From assembly GCF_030654605.1 (NCBI RefSeq), contig NZ_JAURXB010000296.1, positions 7,220 through 71,219 on the forward strand: DNA of 64,000 nt, in the 5' to 3' direction. This document shows positions 40,488 to 50,247 of this stretch, piece after piece (positions within the stretch are counted from its first letter, which is position 1; every line of letters begins with the position of its first letter). A model generated the notes under the pieces. That model saw only the letters and a program-made list of their open reading frames with translations. It was not told where the DNA came from and made no database searches. Source of the DNA: Bradyrhizobium sp. GTDB taxonomy: Bacteria; Pseudomonadota; Alphaproteobacteria; Rhizobiales; Xanthobacteraceae. A program made the position numbers and the translations under genes.

Positions 40488-41351
40488 GTGATGGACACGC
40501 CGTCGGGCCACGATCTCAACGCCGATCAGATTGCGTACTGGAATGGCCCGGCGGGCCAGCGCTGGACCGACCGGCAGGCCTCGCAGGACGTCCTGCTGGC
40601 GCCGGTCTCCGAAATCCTGATCGACCGCGCCGCGGTCAAGGCAGGCGAGCGGGTGTTCGACGTCGGTTGCGGTTGCGGCGCCATCGCCATTGCGCTGGCG
40701 CAGCGAACCGGCCCCGCCGGGCATGTGCTGGGCATCGATATTTCGGCGCCGATGCTGGCGCGGGCGCGGCAGGTTGCGCCTGCGGGCCTGCCGGTCGAGT
40801 TCGTGCTGGCGGATGCCACGGTCTTTTCCTTCGAGCCTGCCAGCTTCGATTTGCTGGTGTCGCGGTTCGGCGTGATGTTCTTCGCCGACCCCGTGCTTGC
40901 CTTCGCCAACATGCGCCGGGCGCTGAAATCGTCGGGACGGCTGGCCTTTGCGTGCTGGCGCGAGCCGCGCGAAAATCCCTGGATGATGGCGCCGCTGCAG
41001 GCGGTCTACCGGCACGTGCCAAAACTGCCGCCGCAGGGGCCGGACGATCCCGGTCCGTTTGCATTCGCCTCCGAGGCGCGCGTGCACCGTATTCTCGGCG
41101 AGGCCGGCTTTTCCGGCATCGCGATGGAGCCGTGCAACCTGACGCTCGATGTCGCGATCGGCCGCGGTCTCGACGCGGCGGTGGAGGGCGTGCTGGAAAT
41201 CGGCCCGGCCCATCGCGCGCTGGAAGGCCACTCGGCCGAGGTGCGCGAAGCCGCGAAGAATTCGATCCGCGAGATGCTGGCGCCTTTCGCCAGCGGGCAG
41301 GAAGTGCGGCTCGGCGGATCGGTCTGGATCGTGACCGCAAAGGTATCTTGA
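40488..41351 (+). CDS. class I SAM-dependent methyltransferase
   Basis: 287 aa. Motif I VFDVGCGCGAIA and post-I DISAPML. Start is GTG 40488 or ATG 40491. Confidence 0.85.
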   Translation: MMDTPSGHDLNADQIAYWNGPAGQRWTDRQASQDVLLAPVSEILIDRAAVKAGERVFDVGCGCGAIAIALAQRTGPAGHVLGIDISAPMLARARQVAPAGLPVEFVLADATVFSFEPASFDLLVSRFGVMFFADPVLAFANMRRALKSSGRLAFACWREPRENPWMMAPLQAVYRHVPKLPPQGPDDPGPFAFASEARVHRILGEAGFSGIAMEPCNLTLDVAIGRGLDAAVEGVLEIGPAHRALEGHSAEVREAAKNSIREMLAPFASGQEVRLGGSVWIVTAKVS

Positions 41352-41452
41352 TAGGGTTTCGGGGGGCTCCCCGTAACCCGTAAGCGCCTGTATTTGCAGC
41401 GCTTCCTATCTGTGCATGGGGTTGTTTTCGAGGTTTTTGGTCCGGGCCCGCC

Positions 41453-42706
41453 TTAAGCCCGCTCCTCGAAGATCATCGCCAGATGCACGATGGTCTGCAC
41501 GGCCTTCTCCATGTCCTGCACGCTGACCCATTCCAGCCGCGAGTGAAACGCGTGCTCGCCGGCAAAAATGTTGGGGCAGGGCAGGCCCATGAACGACAGC
41601 CGCGAGCCGTCGGTGCCGCCGCGGATGCTCGTCTTCACCGGCGTCAGGCCGGTACGGCGGATCGCTTCCATCGCGTTGTCGATGATTTCGGGGTGGCGGT
41701 CGATCACCTGCTTCATGTTGCGGTATTGCGGCTTGATCTCCAGCTTGCAGGTCGAATGCGGATAGTCCTGCATCACGTCCCTGACGATGCTTTCCAGCAG
41801 GGCTTCCTTCTCCTTCAGACCCTCGTCGGTGAAGTCGCGCACGATGAAGCCGATCGTGGCATGCTCCAGTGCGCCCGAAATGCCGATCGGATGCAGAAAA
41901 CCCTGCCGGCCCTCGGTGGTCTCCGGCGAACAGGTGTTTTTGGGCAGCCGCTCGACGATCGCGGCCGCGATCTTGATGGCGTGCTCCATCTTGCCCTTGG
42001 CAAAGCCGGGATGGGTGCTGACGCCTTCGATTGAAATGGTGGCGCCATCGGCGGAAAAGGTCTCGTCCTCGATATTCCCCGCGGTTTCGCCGTCCATCGT
42101 GTAGGCGAAATCGGCGCCGAGCTTCTTCAGGTCGGCCTTGTCGACGCCGCGTCCGATTTCTTCGTCCGGTGTGAACAGGATTTTTATGGCGCCATGCCTG
42201 ATCTGCGGGTTGTTCAGCAGGAACTGCGCGGCATCCATGATTTCGGCGAGACCGGCCTTGTTGTCGGCGCCGAGCAGGGTGGTGCCATCCGTGGTGATGA
42301 TGTCGTTGCCGATCTGATCTTTCAGCGCGGGATGGTCCGCGGCGCGAATCACCTGGGTGGGGTCGGCCGGCAGCACGATGTCGCCGCCGCGATAGTTTTT
42401 GACGATCTGCGGTTTGACGTCCTTGCCGGTGCAATCGGGCGATGTGTCCATGTGCGAGCAGAAGCAGATCACCGGAACCCGCTTGTCGGTAGTGGCCGGG
42501 ATCGTCGCATAGACGTAGCCATGTGCGTCGAGATGGGCGTCGGCGAGGCCCATGGCCTGCAACTCGCCGGCCAGCAGCCGCCCTAAGTCCTTTTGTTTTT
42601 CGGTCGAGGGGCAGGTGGGGGAGGTCGGGTCCGACTGGGTGTCGATCACCACATAGCGCAGAAAGCGCTCGGTCACGGTATGTGCGAAGCCTGAAGGCAA
42701 AACCAC
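41453..42706 (-). CDS. pepT: peptidase T (tripeptide aminopeptidase, M20B)
   Basis: 417 aa, GTG start. ERFLRYVVIDTQSDPTS, CSHMDTSPD and TTDGTTLLGADNKAG are PepT signatures. Confidence 0.9.
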   Translation of the reverse strand: MVLPSGFAHTVTERFLRYVVIDTQSDPTSPTCPSTEKQKDLGRLLAGELQAMGLADAHLDAHGYVYATIPATTDKRVPVICFCSHMDTSPDCTGKDVKPQIVKNYRGGDIVLPADPTQVIRAADHPALKDQIGNDIITTDGTTLLGADNKAGLAEIMDAAQFLLNNPQIRHGAIKILFTPDEEIGRGVDKADLKKLGADFAYTMDGETAGNIEDETFSADGATISIEGVSTHPGFAKGKMEHAIKIAAAIVERLPKNTCSPETTEGRQGFLHPIGISGALEHATIGFIVRDFTDEGLKEKEALLESIVRDVMQDYPHSTCKLEIKPQYRNMKQVIDRHPEIIDNAMEAIRRTGLTPVKTSIRGGTDGSRLSFMGLPCPNIFAGEHAFHSRLEWVSVQDMEKAVQTIVHLAMIFEERA

Positions 42707-42752
42707 GATTTAAACCGCTGGCAGGGTCGGGAAAGCCGGGTGGAGGCAGAAG

Positions 42753-42791
42753 CGTCATTCCGGGGCCGTGTCGGCCGCGCCCGGAATGACG
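42753..42791. repeat. REP-like hairpin between hup and pepT (possible terminator of hup)
   Basis: cgtcattccggg (42753-42764) / 15-nt loop / cccggaatgacg (42780-42791), a perfect 12-bp stem. Confidence 0.75.
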
Positions 42792-42811
42792 TCGTCGAAA
42801 GTCGCGTCCTG

Positions 42812-43111
42812 TCAGACGGCTTCCTTCAGTTCCTTGGCCGCGCGGAAGGCAACCTTCTTGCTGGCCTTGATCTGGATCGCTTCGCCGGTGGCGGGGTTGC
42901 GGCCCATGCGGGCGGCGCGCTTGCGCACCTGGAGGATGCCGAGCCCGACGATACGGACGCGTTCGCCCTTCTTGAGGTGCTTGGTGATGCGGCCGACCAG
43001 GTCGCCCAAGATGGCTTCCGCCTGCTTCTTGGACAGTTCCTGCTCTTCGGCGATCGCCGCAGCCAAATGCTTCAGCGTGACGGTGGTCGGGGTCGCTGCC
43101 TTCTTCGCCAT
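42812..43111 (-). CDS. hup: HU-family nucleoid-associated DNA-binding protein
   Basis: 99 aa. LVGRITKHLKKGERVRIVGLGILQVRKRAARMGRNPATGEAIQIKASKKVAFRAAKELKEAV is the canonical HU/IHF beta-arm. Confidence 0.93.
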   Translation of the reverse strand: MAKKAATPTTVTLKHLAAAIAEEQELSKKQAEAILGDLVGRITKHLKKGERVRIVGLGILQVRKRAARMGRNPATGEAIQIKASKKVAFRAAKELKEAV

Positions 43112-43270
43112 ATTTGGCCCTCCTCGATGTTGATAGCTTAAGGAAACTCAGACGTATCAGGCCTTAAACGATTCGGTGGCGAACTGACTACGCTGTTTTG
43201 CCTGCAAACAGGCCATTATTTGCATCGACATCGCAAAAATGCCCGACTTATGCGGGGATTCGCAACGACC

Positions 43271-43299
43271 TTGACTTGGAAGGAACGCGCCTTTATGCC
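43271..43299 (+). promoter_or_regulatory. candidate sigma70-type promoter for tRNA-Asp
   Basis: TTGACT (43271-43276), 17-nt spacer, TATGCC (43294-43299), about 40 nt upstream of the tRNA 5' end. Confidence 0.35.
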
Positions 43300-43337
43300 G
43301 TCCTTTCTAAGCGGATCAGTCTGAGATCACGGCATCC

Positions 43338-43414
43338 GCGGGAGTAGCTCAGTTGGTTAGAGCGCCGCCCTGTCACGGCGGAGGCCGCGGGTTCGAGTCC
43401 CGTCTCTCGCGCCA
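43338..43414 (+). tRNA. tRNA-Asp (anticodon GUC)
   Basis: 77 nt. Acceptor gcgggag/ctctcgc (one G-U) plus G-CCA. Anticodon stem ccgcc/ggcgg with loop ctGTCac. T-loop ggttcgagtcc. Confidence 0.93.
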
Positions 43415-43550
43415 GTATCGCTGGATTGGCGAAGCTTCATTTCCAAGACATCTCCAAGCGCAAAAAGGCCGCCCGAAGGCGACCCTTGTTCCTGCTATTC
43501 CGTGTGGAAGCCCAAACTTGCCTTGGCGGGCTTGTCTTACCAGGCCTGCC

Positions 43551-43745
43551 TCAGCGGACCATCGAGGCGTTGGAGCTGGTCACCGTGATCGCCTTGCCGG
43601 CTTTCACGACCTGGGCGGTCTGGCTGTAATCCGAACTGGTGCGCGCCGAGATCCCGAGCGCTGCTACCGCGATGCCGGCCACCAGGGCCACAACCACGAT
43701 CTTGAGGTGGGTGGAGCGATCCGCCGAGTGAATTGAGTGGTTCAT
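43551..43745 (-). CDS. small single-pass membrane protein, hypothetical
   Basis: ATG 43745 preceded by GGAGG gives MNHSIHSADRSTHLKIVVVALVAGIAVAALGISARTSSDYSQTAQVVKAGKAITVTSSNASMVR (64 aa). Confidence 0.6.
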   Translation of the reverse strand: MNHSIHSADRSTHLKIVVVALVAGIAVAALGISARTSSDYSQTAQVVKAGKAITVTSSNASMVR

Positions 43746-44096
43746 CTGAGCCTCCAGGGCGACTTTGCCGCCGCGTCGTTGGCCAGATGAGTACGCCCGC
43801 TCTGTTTCCGGATGGTTTCGTGGGTTCCGCAAAATGGTTTCGTCGGGATTTCCGGGGTATTTCGGCGGCCCGCCGGCTTGACCGGGTCGGGCGCCGAGGC
43901 GGTCGGCTGCTGAGCTCTCGCCTGACGAGATCCCCGCTGAGAGGCCATCGCTGCCGAGTTATCCCGCCGCATCTGAGGGTGGGTGGAGCCATTAAAATAG
44001 CTTGTCTTGCGCCCCTTGTTGCGCTGCGCTAAGCCTCAGAACAATTCCAATTAACGAATCTGCGGCCCCAGAAACCGCGGAATAAGGGCTCCGCCG

Positions 44097-44462
44097 ATGA
44101 CCGGCATCTTGCAGCAATATCTTCCCCTGGTGGTGTTTATCGGGGTCGCGGGCCTGATCGGTTTGGCGCTGCTGATCGCTCCCTTTCTCCTCGCCTTCCA
44201 GCAGCCCGATCCGGAAAAGCTGTCCGCCTATGAATGCGGATTCAACGCTTTTGACGACGCCCGCATGAAGTTCGACGTCCGGTTCTATCTGGTGGCGATC
44301 CTCTTCATCATCTTCGACCTCGAAGTGGCATTCCTGTTCCCGTGGGCGGTGGCGTTCGGAAAATTGGGGGCGACCGGGTTCTGGTCGATGCTGGTTTTCC
44401 TCGCCGTCCTGACCGTCGGCTTTGCCTATGAATGGAAGAAAGGCGCGCTCGAATGGGATTGA
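44097..44462 (+). CDS. nuoA: NADH-quinone oxidoreductase subunit A
   Basis: 121 aa. ...[40 protein letters not shown]. Confidence 0.97.
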   Translation: MTGILQQYLPLVVFIGVAGLIGLALLIAPFLLAFQQPDPEKLSAYECGFNAFDDARMKFDVRFYLVAILFIIFDLEVAFLFPWAVAFGKLGATGFWSMLVFLAVLTVGFAYEWKKGALEWD

Positions 44463-45049
44463 GCCCCACCGCCGCAAGACCAGGATTTGCACCGGCGATC
44501 GCGCCGGCTGCATCAGGCATTCTCGATCCCTCGACCGGCCGCCCGGTCGGGGCCAATGACCCGTTTTTCCTCGAGATCAATCACGAGCTGTCGGACAAGG
44601 GCTTCTTCGTCGCCGCAACCGATGACCTGATCACCTGGGCGCGCACCGGCTCGCTGATGTGGATGACCTTTGGTCTGGCCTGCTGCGCGGTCGAGATGAT
44701 GCAGATGTCGATGCCGCGCTACGACGCCGAACGTTTCGGCTTTGCCCCGCGCGCTTCCCCGCGGCAGTCCGACGTGATGATCGTCGCGGGCACCCTGACC
44801 AACAAGATGGCGCCGGCGCTGCGCAAGGTCTACGACCAGATGCCGGAGCCGCGCTACGTCATCTCGATGGGATCCTGCGCCAATGGCGGCGGCTACTATC
44901 ATTACTCGTATTCGGTCGTGCGTGGCTGTGACCGTATCGTGCCGATCGACATCTACGTGCCCGGCTGTCCGCCGACCGCGGAAGCTCTGCTGTACGGCGT
45001 GATGCTGCTGCAGAAGAAGATCCGGCGCACCGGAACCATCGAACGCTGA
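44453..45049 (+). CDS. nuoB: NADH-quinone oxidoreductase subunit B
   Basis: ATG 44453 overlaps the nuoA end. [21 protein letters not shown] and PGCPP are the N2 cluster ligand motifs. Confidence 0.95.
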   Translation: MGLSPTAARPGFAPAIAPAASGILDPSTGRPVGANDPFFLEINHELSDKGFFVAATDDLITWARTGSLMWMTFGLACCAVEMMQMSMPRYDAERFGFAPRASPRQSDVMIVAGTLTNKMAPALRKVYDQMPEPRYVISMGSCANGGGYYHYSYSVVRGCDRIVPIDIYVPGCPPTAEALLYGVMLLQKKIRRTGTIER

Positions 45050-45057
45050 GAGACGCC

Positions 45058-45309
45058 ATGACTGATCCCGCAGACATGATCGTGCCGCTGCTTCGCGAAA
45101 TGCGCGCTGAAAACCTGGAGCAGCACGAGCAAACGCGAGCCTTAGTCAGGGCGCTCGACAAGCGCTTGGGCGGAGTTGAAGACGCACAGAAGAGTTACCG
45201 GCAAGCACTTACCGCCGATACTCTCCTCAGCAAGCTCGTGACGGGTGAGTTCGAGGAGCGGATCGAAGCCCTTGAAAACAAGGTGCGAGAGCTAGAGGGT
45301 CATAAGTGA
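45058..45309 (+). CDS. small coiled-coil protein of unknown function intercalated between nuoB and nuoC
   Basis: 83-aa [25 protein letters not shown]...[18 protein letters not shown]. Starts 8 nt after the nuoB stop. Its TGA overlaps the nuoC GTG (GTGA). Hand-counted G+C is 145/252 (about 58%). Confidence 0.6.
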   Translation: MTDPADMIVPLLREMRAENLEQHEQTRALVRALDKRLGGVEDAQKSYRQALTADTLLSKLVTGEFEERIEALENKVRELEGHK

Positions 45310-45914
45310 GCAAACTTGCTGAGCTCGGCGAAACGATCAAGGCGTCGCTGCCAGACGCTGTTACCGGATGCACGGTGGCATTTGACCAACTCACCGTCGC
45401 GATCGAGGCGAGCAGGATCGTAGATGTCGTCAAATTCCTGCGCGACGATCCCGGCTGCCGTTTCGTCAGTTTCATCGACGTCACGGCGGTGGATTATCCG
45501 GGCCGCGAAAAGCGCTTCGACGTGGTCTATCATCTGCTGTCGCCCACACTGAACGAGCGCATCCGTCTGCGCGCGCAAGCCGACGAGAGCACCCAGGTGC
45601 CCTCGATCATCGAGGTTTTCCCCGGCGCCGACTGGTTCGAGCGCGAATGCTACGACCTCTATGGCGTGATCTTCACCGGCCATCCCGACATGCGGCGGCT
45701 GTTGACCGATTACGGCTTCGACGGTCACCCGCTGCGCAAGGATTTCCCGCTCACCGGCTTCGTCGAGGTGCGCTACGACGACCAGGAGAAGCGGGTGGTC
45801 TACGAACCCGTCCGTCTCAACCAGGAATTCCGCAAGTTCGATTTCCTCTCGCCGTGGGAAGGTGCTGATTATCCGATCCTCCCGGGCGACGAGAAGGCGG
45901 GGCCGAAAGTCTGA
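45306..45914 (+). CDS. nuoC: NADH-quinone oxidoreductase subunit C
   Basis: 202 aa. ...[47 protein letters not shown]. Confidence 0.96.
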   Translation: MSKLAELGETIKASLPDAVTGCTVAFDQLTVAIEASRIVDVVKFLRDDPGCRFVSFIDVTAVDYPGREKRFDVVYHLLSPTLNERIRLRAQADESTQVPSIIEVFPGADWFERECYDLYGVIFTGHPDMRRLLTDYGFDGHPLRKDFPLTGFVEVRYDDQEKRVVYEPVRLNQEFRKFDFLSPWEGADYPILPGDEKAGPKV

Positions 45915-45916
45915 TC

Positions 45917-47113
45917 ATGAACGAGCAGAGTCAGAACCTTCGTAACTTCACCATCAATTTCGGGCCGCAGCATCCGGCTGCCCACGGCGTTCTGCGTCTG
46001 GTGCTGGAGCTCGACGGCGAAGTCGTCGCCCGGGTCGATCCGCATATCGGTCTCTTGCATCGCGGCACCGAGAAACTGATCGAGCACAAGACCTACCTGC
46101 AGGCGATCCCGTATTTCGACCGGCTCGACTATGTCGCGCCGATGAACCAGGAACACGCATTCTGCCTCGCGGCGGAAAAGCTGCTCGGCATATCGGTGCC
46201 GCGCCGTGGCCAGCTGATCCGGGTTTTGTACTGCGAGATCGGTCGCATCCTGTCGCATCTGCTCAACGTCACCACGCAGGCGATGGACGTCGGCGCGCTG
46301 ACCCCGCCGCTGTGGGGCTTTGAAGAGCGCGAAAAGCTGATGGTGTTCTACGAGCGCGCCTCCGGCTCGCGAATGCATGCGGCCTATTTCCGCATCGGCG
46401 GCGTGCATCAGGACCTGCCGCCGAAACTGGTCGACGATATCGACGCCTGGTGCGATCCGTTCCTGCAGGTGGTCGCCGATCTCGAGACCCTGCTGACCGG
46501 CAACCGCATCTTCAAGCAGCGCAACGTCGACATCGGCGTGGTGACGCTGGCGCAGGCCTGGGAGTGGGGTTTTTCCGGCGTCATGGTGCGCGGCTCGGGT
46601 GCTGCCTGGGATCTGCGCAAGGCGCAGCCCTACGAGTGCTACGCCGAGATGGATTTCGACATTCCGATCGGCAAGAACGGCGATTGCTACGACCGCTACT
46701 GCATCCGGATGGAAGAGATGCGCCAGTCCGTGCGCATCATGAAGCAGTGCATCGCGAAGCTGCGCGCGCCGGAAGGGCAGGGACCGGTCGTCGTCGAGGA
46801 CCACAAGATTGCGCCGCCCCGGCGCGGCGAGATGAAGCGCTCGATGGAAGCGCTGATCCATCACTTCAAGCTCTATACCGAGGGTTTCCACGTGCCGGCC
46901 GGCGAGGTCTATGCCGCGGTGGAGGCCCCGAAGGGCGAGTTCGGCGTCTATCTGGTCGCCGACGGCACCAACAAACCCTACAAGTGCAAGATCCGCGCGC
47001 CGGGCTTCGCGCATCTGCAGGCGATGGACTTCATCTGTCGGGGCCACCTGCTGGCTGACGTCTCGGCAATTCTCGGCTCGCTCGATATCGTGTTCGGAGA
47101 GGTCGATCGGTGA
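45917..47113 (+). CDS. nuoD: NADH-quinone oxidoreductase subunit D
   Basis: 398 aa. [22 protein letters not shown]...LHRGTEKL...[14 protein letters not shown]. Confidence 0.97.
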   Translation: MNEQSQNLRNFTINFGPQHPAAHGVLRLVLELDGEVVARVDPHIGLLHRGTEKLIEHKTYLQAIPYFDRLDYVAPMNQEHAFCLAAEKLLGISVPRRGQLIRVLYCEIGRILSHLLNVTTQAMDVGALTPPLWGFEEREKLMVFYERASGSRMHAAYFRIGGVHQDLPPKLVDDIDAWCDPFLQVVADLETLLTGNRIFKQRNVDIGVVTLAQAWEWGFSGVMVRGSGAAWDLRKAQPYECYAEMDFDIPIGKNGDCYDRYCIRMEEMRQSVRIMKQCIAKLRAPEGQGPVVVEDHKIAPPRRGEMKRSMEALIHHFKLYTEGFHVPAGEVYAAVEAPKGEFGVYLVADGTNKPYKCKIRAPGFAHLQAMDFICRGHLLADVSAILGSLDIVFGEVDR

Positions 47114-48066
47114 TGGTGATGCCGCCCATCCAGTTTGACCGTGCTTCCGGGGCTCTCGATGGGGCCAACCTGTGGGAGCGAACGGCTGCGCTGGCGTTGG
47201 CGACCGGCTCCAAGATTTCGTCGCACTTCTCGCATCGCGGCTACAATATGTGCGCCAACCTGCTGCGCAAGACGCTGCCCGAGCGCGACATCGACATCAA
47301 GCTGAATGCGGACGCGACCTTCGCGTTTCCCTACGGCGACGGATACTGGAGCAAGCTGCTCAATCGCTCGTTCTCGTATGAAAACGAGCTCGAGCTGCTG
47401 TTTCAGCACTCCGCCGATGTCGACTACACGCTGCTCGATTGCGGCGCCAATTACGGCTACTGGTCGGTACTGGTTTCCAGCGAACCCTATGGGTCACACA
47501 AGGCGATCGCGATCGAGCCGTCGTCGCAGAATTTCGCCAAGCTGAAGAACAACGCCGAGCTCAACGGCAACCGCTTCGAGGCGATGAAGTGCGCGATCGG
47601 CGCGGCGAGGGGCACTGCCCGGCTGTCCGGCACCAAGCACGAGGCGCTCAGCATCGTCGGCGGCGACGACAGCGGTGAGGAAGTGCCTGTCATCGCGCTC
47701 GACAATCTGCTGGACGACGGCAGGGTTTCGGCCGGCGGAAAATTCCTGATCAAGCTCGACGTCGAGGGCGTCGAGATCGAGGCGATCAAGGGCGGCAAGC
47801 GGCTGTTGCAGGGCGACAGCGTGTTGCTGTGCGAGGAGCACGGCAATGATCCCCACCACACCGTGTCGCGCTACATCCTGGAACAGACCCCGCTTAAGCT
47901 GATGGTCTACGATCCGCGCAGCAATCTGCTGGAAACCGTGACCGAGCTTTCGATCCTCGACCGCATCAAGGTTTCAACCCACGTCGGCTACAACGTGTTC
48001 GGCACCGCAAGCGCTTTCTGGCACGACCGGATCAGCGCCCTGAACGCCGCGCGCCGCGCGCAATGA
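47110..48066 (+). CDS. FkbM-family SAM-dependent methyltransferase intercalated between nuoD and nuoE
   Basis: 318-aa ORF. GTG 47110 / ATG 47113 overlap the nuoD stop (47111-47113). [13 protein letters not shown]...[20 protein letters not shown]...[17 protein letters not shown] fits the FkbM (TIGR01444-like) pattern. Codon style resembles its neighbours. Confidence 0.75.
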   Translation: MMVMPPIQFDRASGALDGANLWERTAALALATGSKISSHFSHRGYNMCANLLRKTLPERDIDIKLNADATFAFPYGDGYWSKLLNRSFSYENELELLFQHSADVDYTLLDCGANYGYWSVLVSSEPYGSHKAIAIEPSSQNFAKLKNNAELNGNRFEAMKCAIGAARGTARLSGTKHEALSIVGGDDSGEEVPVIALDNLLDDGRVSAGGKFLIKLDVEGVEIEAIKGGKRLLQGDSVLLCEEHGNDPHHTVSRYILEQTPLKLMVYDPRSNLLETVTELSILDRIKVSTHVGYNVFGTASAFWHDRISALNAARRAQ

Positions 48067-48080
48067 GAGACTGAGAGACA

Positions 48081-48692
48081 ATGTCCGTCCGCCGCCTTGC
48101 TCCGAAGGAACTGCAGCCCGCGAACTTCACGTTCACAGCGGAAAACCTCGCTTGGGCCAAGCAACAAATCGCCAAATATCCGGAAGGCCGTCAGGCTTCC
48201 GCCGTCATACCGATCTTGTGGCGCGTCCAGGAACAGCATGAGGGATGGGTTTCGGAGGCGGCGATCCGCGCGGTCGCGGATTTGCTCGGCATGCCCTACA
48301 TCCGGGCGCTCGAGATCGCGACCTTCTACACGATGTTTCAGCTGCAGCCGGTCGGCAAGAAGGCGCACGTGCAGGTCTGCGGCACCACGCCATGCCGGCT
48401 GCGCGGCGCTGCCGATATCATCGAGGTGTGCCAGAGCCGCATCCATCACGATCCCTTCCATCTGTCCAAGGACGGCAATTTCAGCTGGGAAGAGGTCGAG
48501 TGCCTCGGCGCCTGCGTGAATGCGCCGATGGTGCTGATCTGGAAGGACACCTACGAGGACCTGACCAAGGAGAGCTTCGGCAAGGTTCTGGACGGCTTTG
48601 CTTCCGGCAATCCGCCGAAGCCGGGCCCGCAGATCGACCGTCAGTTTTCCGCCCCCGTGGGCGGATTGACCACGCTGAAGGAAACGACATGA
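48081..48692 (+). CDS. nuoE: NADH-quinone oxidoreductase subunit E
   Basis: 203 aa. ...[14 protein letters not shown]...[15 protein letters not shown] (2Fe-2S ligands). Confidence 0.96.
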   Translation: MSVRRLAPKELQPANFTFTAENLAWAKQQIAKYPEGRQASAVIPILWRVQEQHEGWVSEAAIRAVADLLGMPYIRALEIATFYTMFQLQPVGKKAHVQVCGTTPCRLRGAADIIEVCQSRIHHDPFHLSKDGNFSWEEVECLGACVNAPMVLIWKDTYEDLTKESFGKVLDGFASGNPPKPGPQIDRQFSAPVGGLTTLKETT

Positions 48693-48729
48693 ACAGGGTT
48701 CGCGCGGCCGGGCGGGGAGAACCGGTGCG

Positions 48730-48900
48730 ATGAATAGCTGGCGCTACATCGCGATGCACACGGTTGCTGCCGCTGTGTTCATTTTCCTGCTGCAGCGCTA
48801 TGCGTTGAATGCGTCGCTCGATTCAAGCCTGCTCTGGGCGCTTACCTTCGGCGGATGCGCCGCGGGCCTCGCCTACATGCAGTCCAAACGCTCCTCTTAG
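48730..48900 (+). CDS. 56-aa two-helix membrane ORF intercalated between nuoE and nuoF
   Basis: Below the ORF-track size cut-off. Hand translation gives [62 protein letters not shown] about 10 nt upstream. Ends 11 nt before the nuoF ATG. Confidence 0.45.
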   Translation: MNSWRYIAMHTVAAAVFIFLLQRYALNASLDSSLLWALTFGGCAAGLAYMQSKRSS

Positions 48901-48911
48901 GAATTCACGTC

Positions 48912-50237
48912 ATGCTCGACGACAAGGACCGCATCTTCAAGAACCTCTACGGCCTCCACGACTGGGGCCTCGAGGGTGCGCGCCGCCGCGGCGCCTGGGA
49001 CGGCACCAAGGCGATCATCGACAAGGGCCGCGACTGGATCATCAACGAGATGAAGGCGTCCGGCTTGCGCGGACGCGGCGGGGCGGGATTCCCGACCGGG
49101 CTGAAATGGTCGTTCATGCCGAAGGAGTCCACCGACGGCCGGCCGAGCTATCTCGTGGTCAATGCCGACGAATCCGAGCCCGGTACCTGCAAGGACCGCG
49201 AGATCATGCGGCACGATCCGCATCTTCTGGTCGAGGGTTGCCTGCTCGCCAGCTTCGCGATGAATGCGCATGTCTGCTACATCTATGTGCGCGGCGAATT
49301 CATCCGGGAGCGTGAGCATCTGCAGGCCGCGATCGATCAGGCCTATGAGGCGAAGCTGGTCGGCAAGGACAATATCAACGGCTGGCCGTTCGACATCTAT
49401 GTCAGTCACGGCGCCGGCGCCTATATCTGCGGCGAAGAGACCGCCTTGCTGGAAAGTCTCGAAGGCAAGAAGGGCATGCCGCGGCTGAAGCCGCCATTCC
49501 CCGCCAATGTCGGTCTGTACGGCTGCCCGACCACGGTCAACAACGTCGAGTCGATCGCGGTGGCGCCGGATATCCTGCGCCGCGGCGCGGCCTGGTTTGC
49601 CGCGATCGGGCGCCCCAACAACGTCGGCACAAAACTGTTCTGCATCTCCGGCCATGTCGAGCGGCCCTGCAATGTCGAAGAAGCCATGGGGATTCCGTTC
49701 CGCGACCTGATCGAGCGCCATTGCGGCGGCATCCGCGGCGGCTGGGACAATCTCAAGGCGGTAATTCCCGGTGGCTCCTCGGTGCGCATGGTGCCGGCCG
49801 ACCAGATCATCGACACCCCGATGGATTTCGACAGCCTCGGCAAGCTGCGCTCCGGCCTCGGCACCGCCGCCGTCATCGTGATGGACAAGTCGACCGACCT
49901 GATCCGGGCGATCGCGCGGATTTCCTATTTCTACAAGCACGAGAGCTGCGGCCAGTGCACGCCGTGTCGAGAAGGCACCGGCTGGATGTGGCGGGTGCTG
50001 ACCCGCATGGCCGAGGGCCGCGCCCACAAGCGCGAGATCGACATGCTGCTGGAAGTAACGAAGCAGGTCGAGGGTCACACCATCTGCGCGCTCGGCGACG
50101 CCGCGGCATGGCCGATCCAGGGCCTGATCGCGCATTTCCGTCACGAGATCGAGGAACGCATCGACCAGTATTCGCACAAGGCCGATGCCGACGATGCCGG
50201 CATCCGCGATCCCGCGCATATGGTAGCGGCTGAGTAG
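48912..50237 (+). CDS. nuoF: NADH-quinone oxidoreductase subunit F
   Basis: ATG 48912 gives [20 protein letters not shown].... [13 protein letters not shown] (FMN), [12 protein letters not shown] (N3 cluster). Confidence 0.97.
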   Translation: MLDDKDRIFKNLYGLHDWGLEGARRRGAWDGTKAIIDKGRDWIINEMKASGLRGRGGAGFPTGLKWSFMPKESTDGRPSYLVVNADESEPGTCKDREIMRHDPHLLVEGCLLASFAMNAHVCYIYVRGEFIREREHLQAAIDQAYEAKLVGKDNINGWPFDIYVSHGAGAYICGEETALLESLEGKKGMPRLKPPFPANVGLYGCPTTVNNVESIAVAPDILRRGAAWFAAIGRPNNVGTKLFCISGHVERPCNVEEAMGIPFRDLIERHCGGIRGGWDNLKAVIPGGSSVRMVPADQIIDTPMDFDSLGKLRSGLGTAAVIVMDKSTDLIRAIARISYFYKHESCGQCTPCREGTGWMWRVLTRMAEGRAHKREIDMLLEVTKQVEGHTICALGDAAAWPIQGLIAHFRHEIEERIDQYSHKADADDAGIRDPAHMVAAE

Positions 50238-50247
50238 GGAGGGAGCG

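Noticed and set aside
38607-43414. Possibility that the three tRNA genes (Leu, Val, Asp) flank integrated mobile elements or defence islands.
   Set aside because: There is no integrase, recombinase, transposase or phage gene in the window. I found no direct repeat of any tRNA 3' end by eye. The genes between them (methyltransferase, pepT, hup) are ordinary housekeeping types with native composition.
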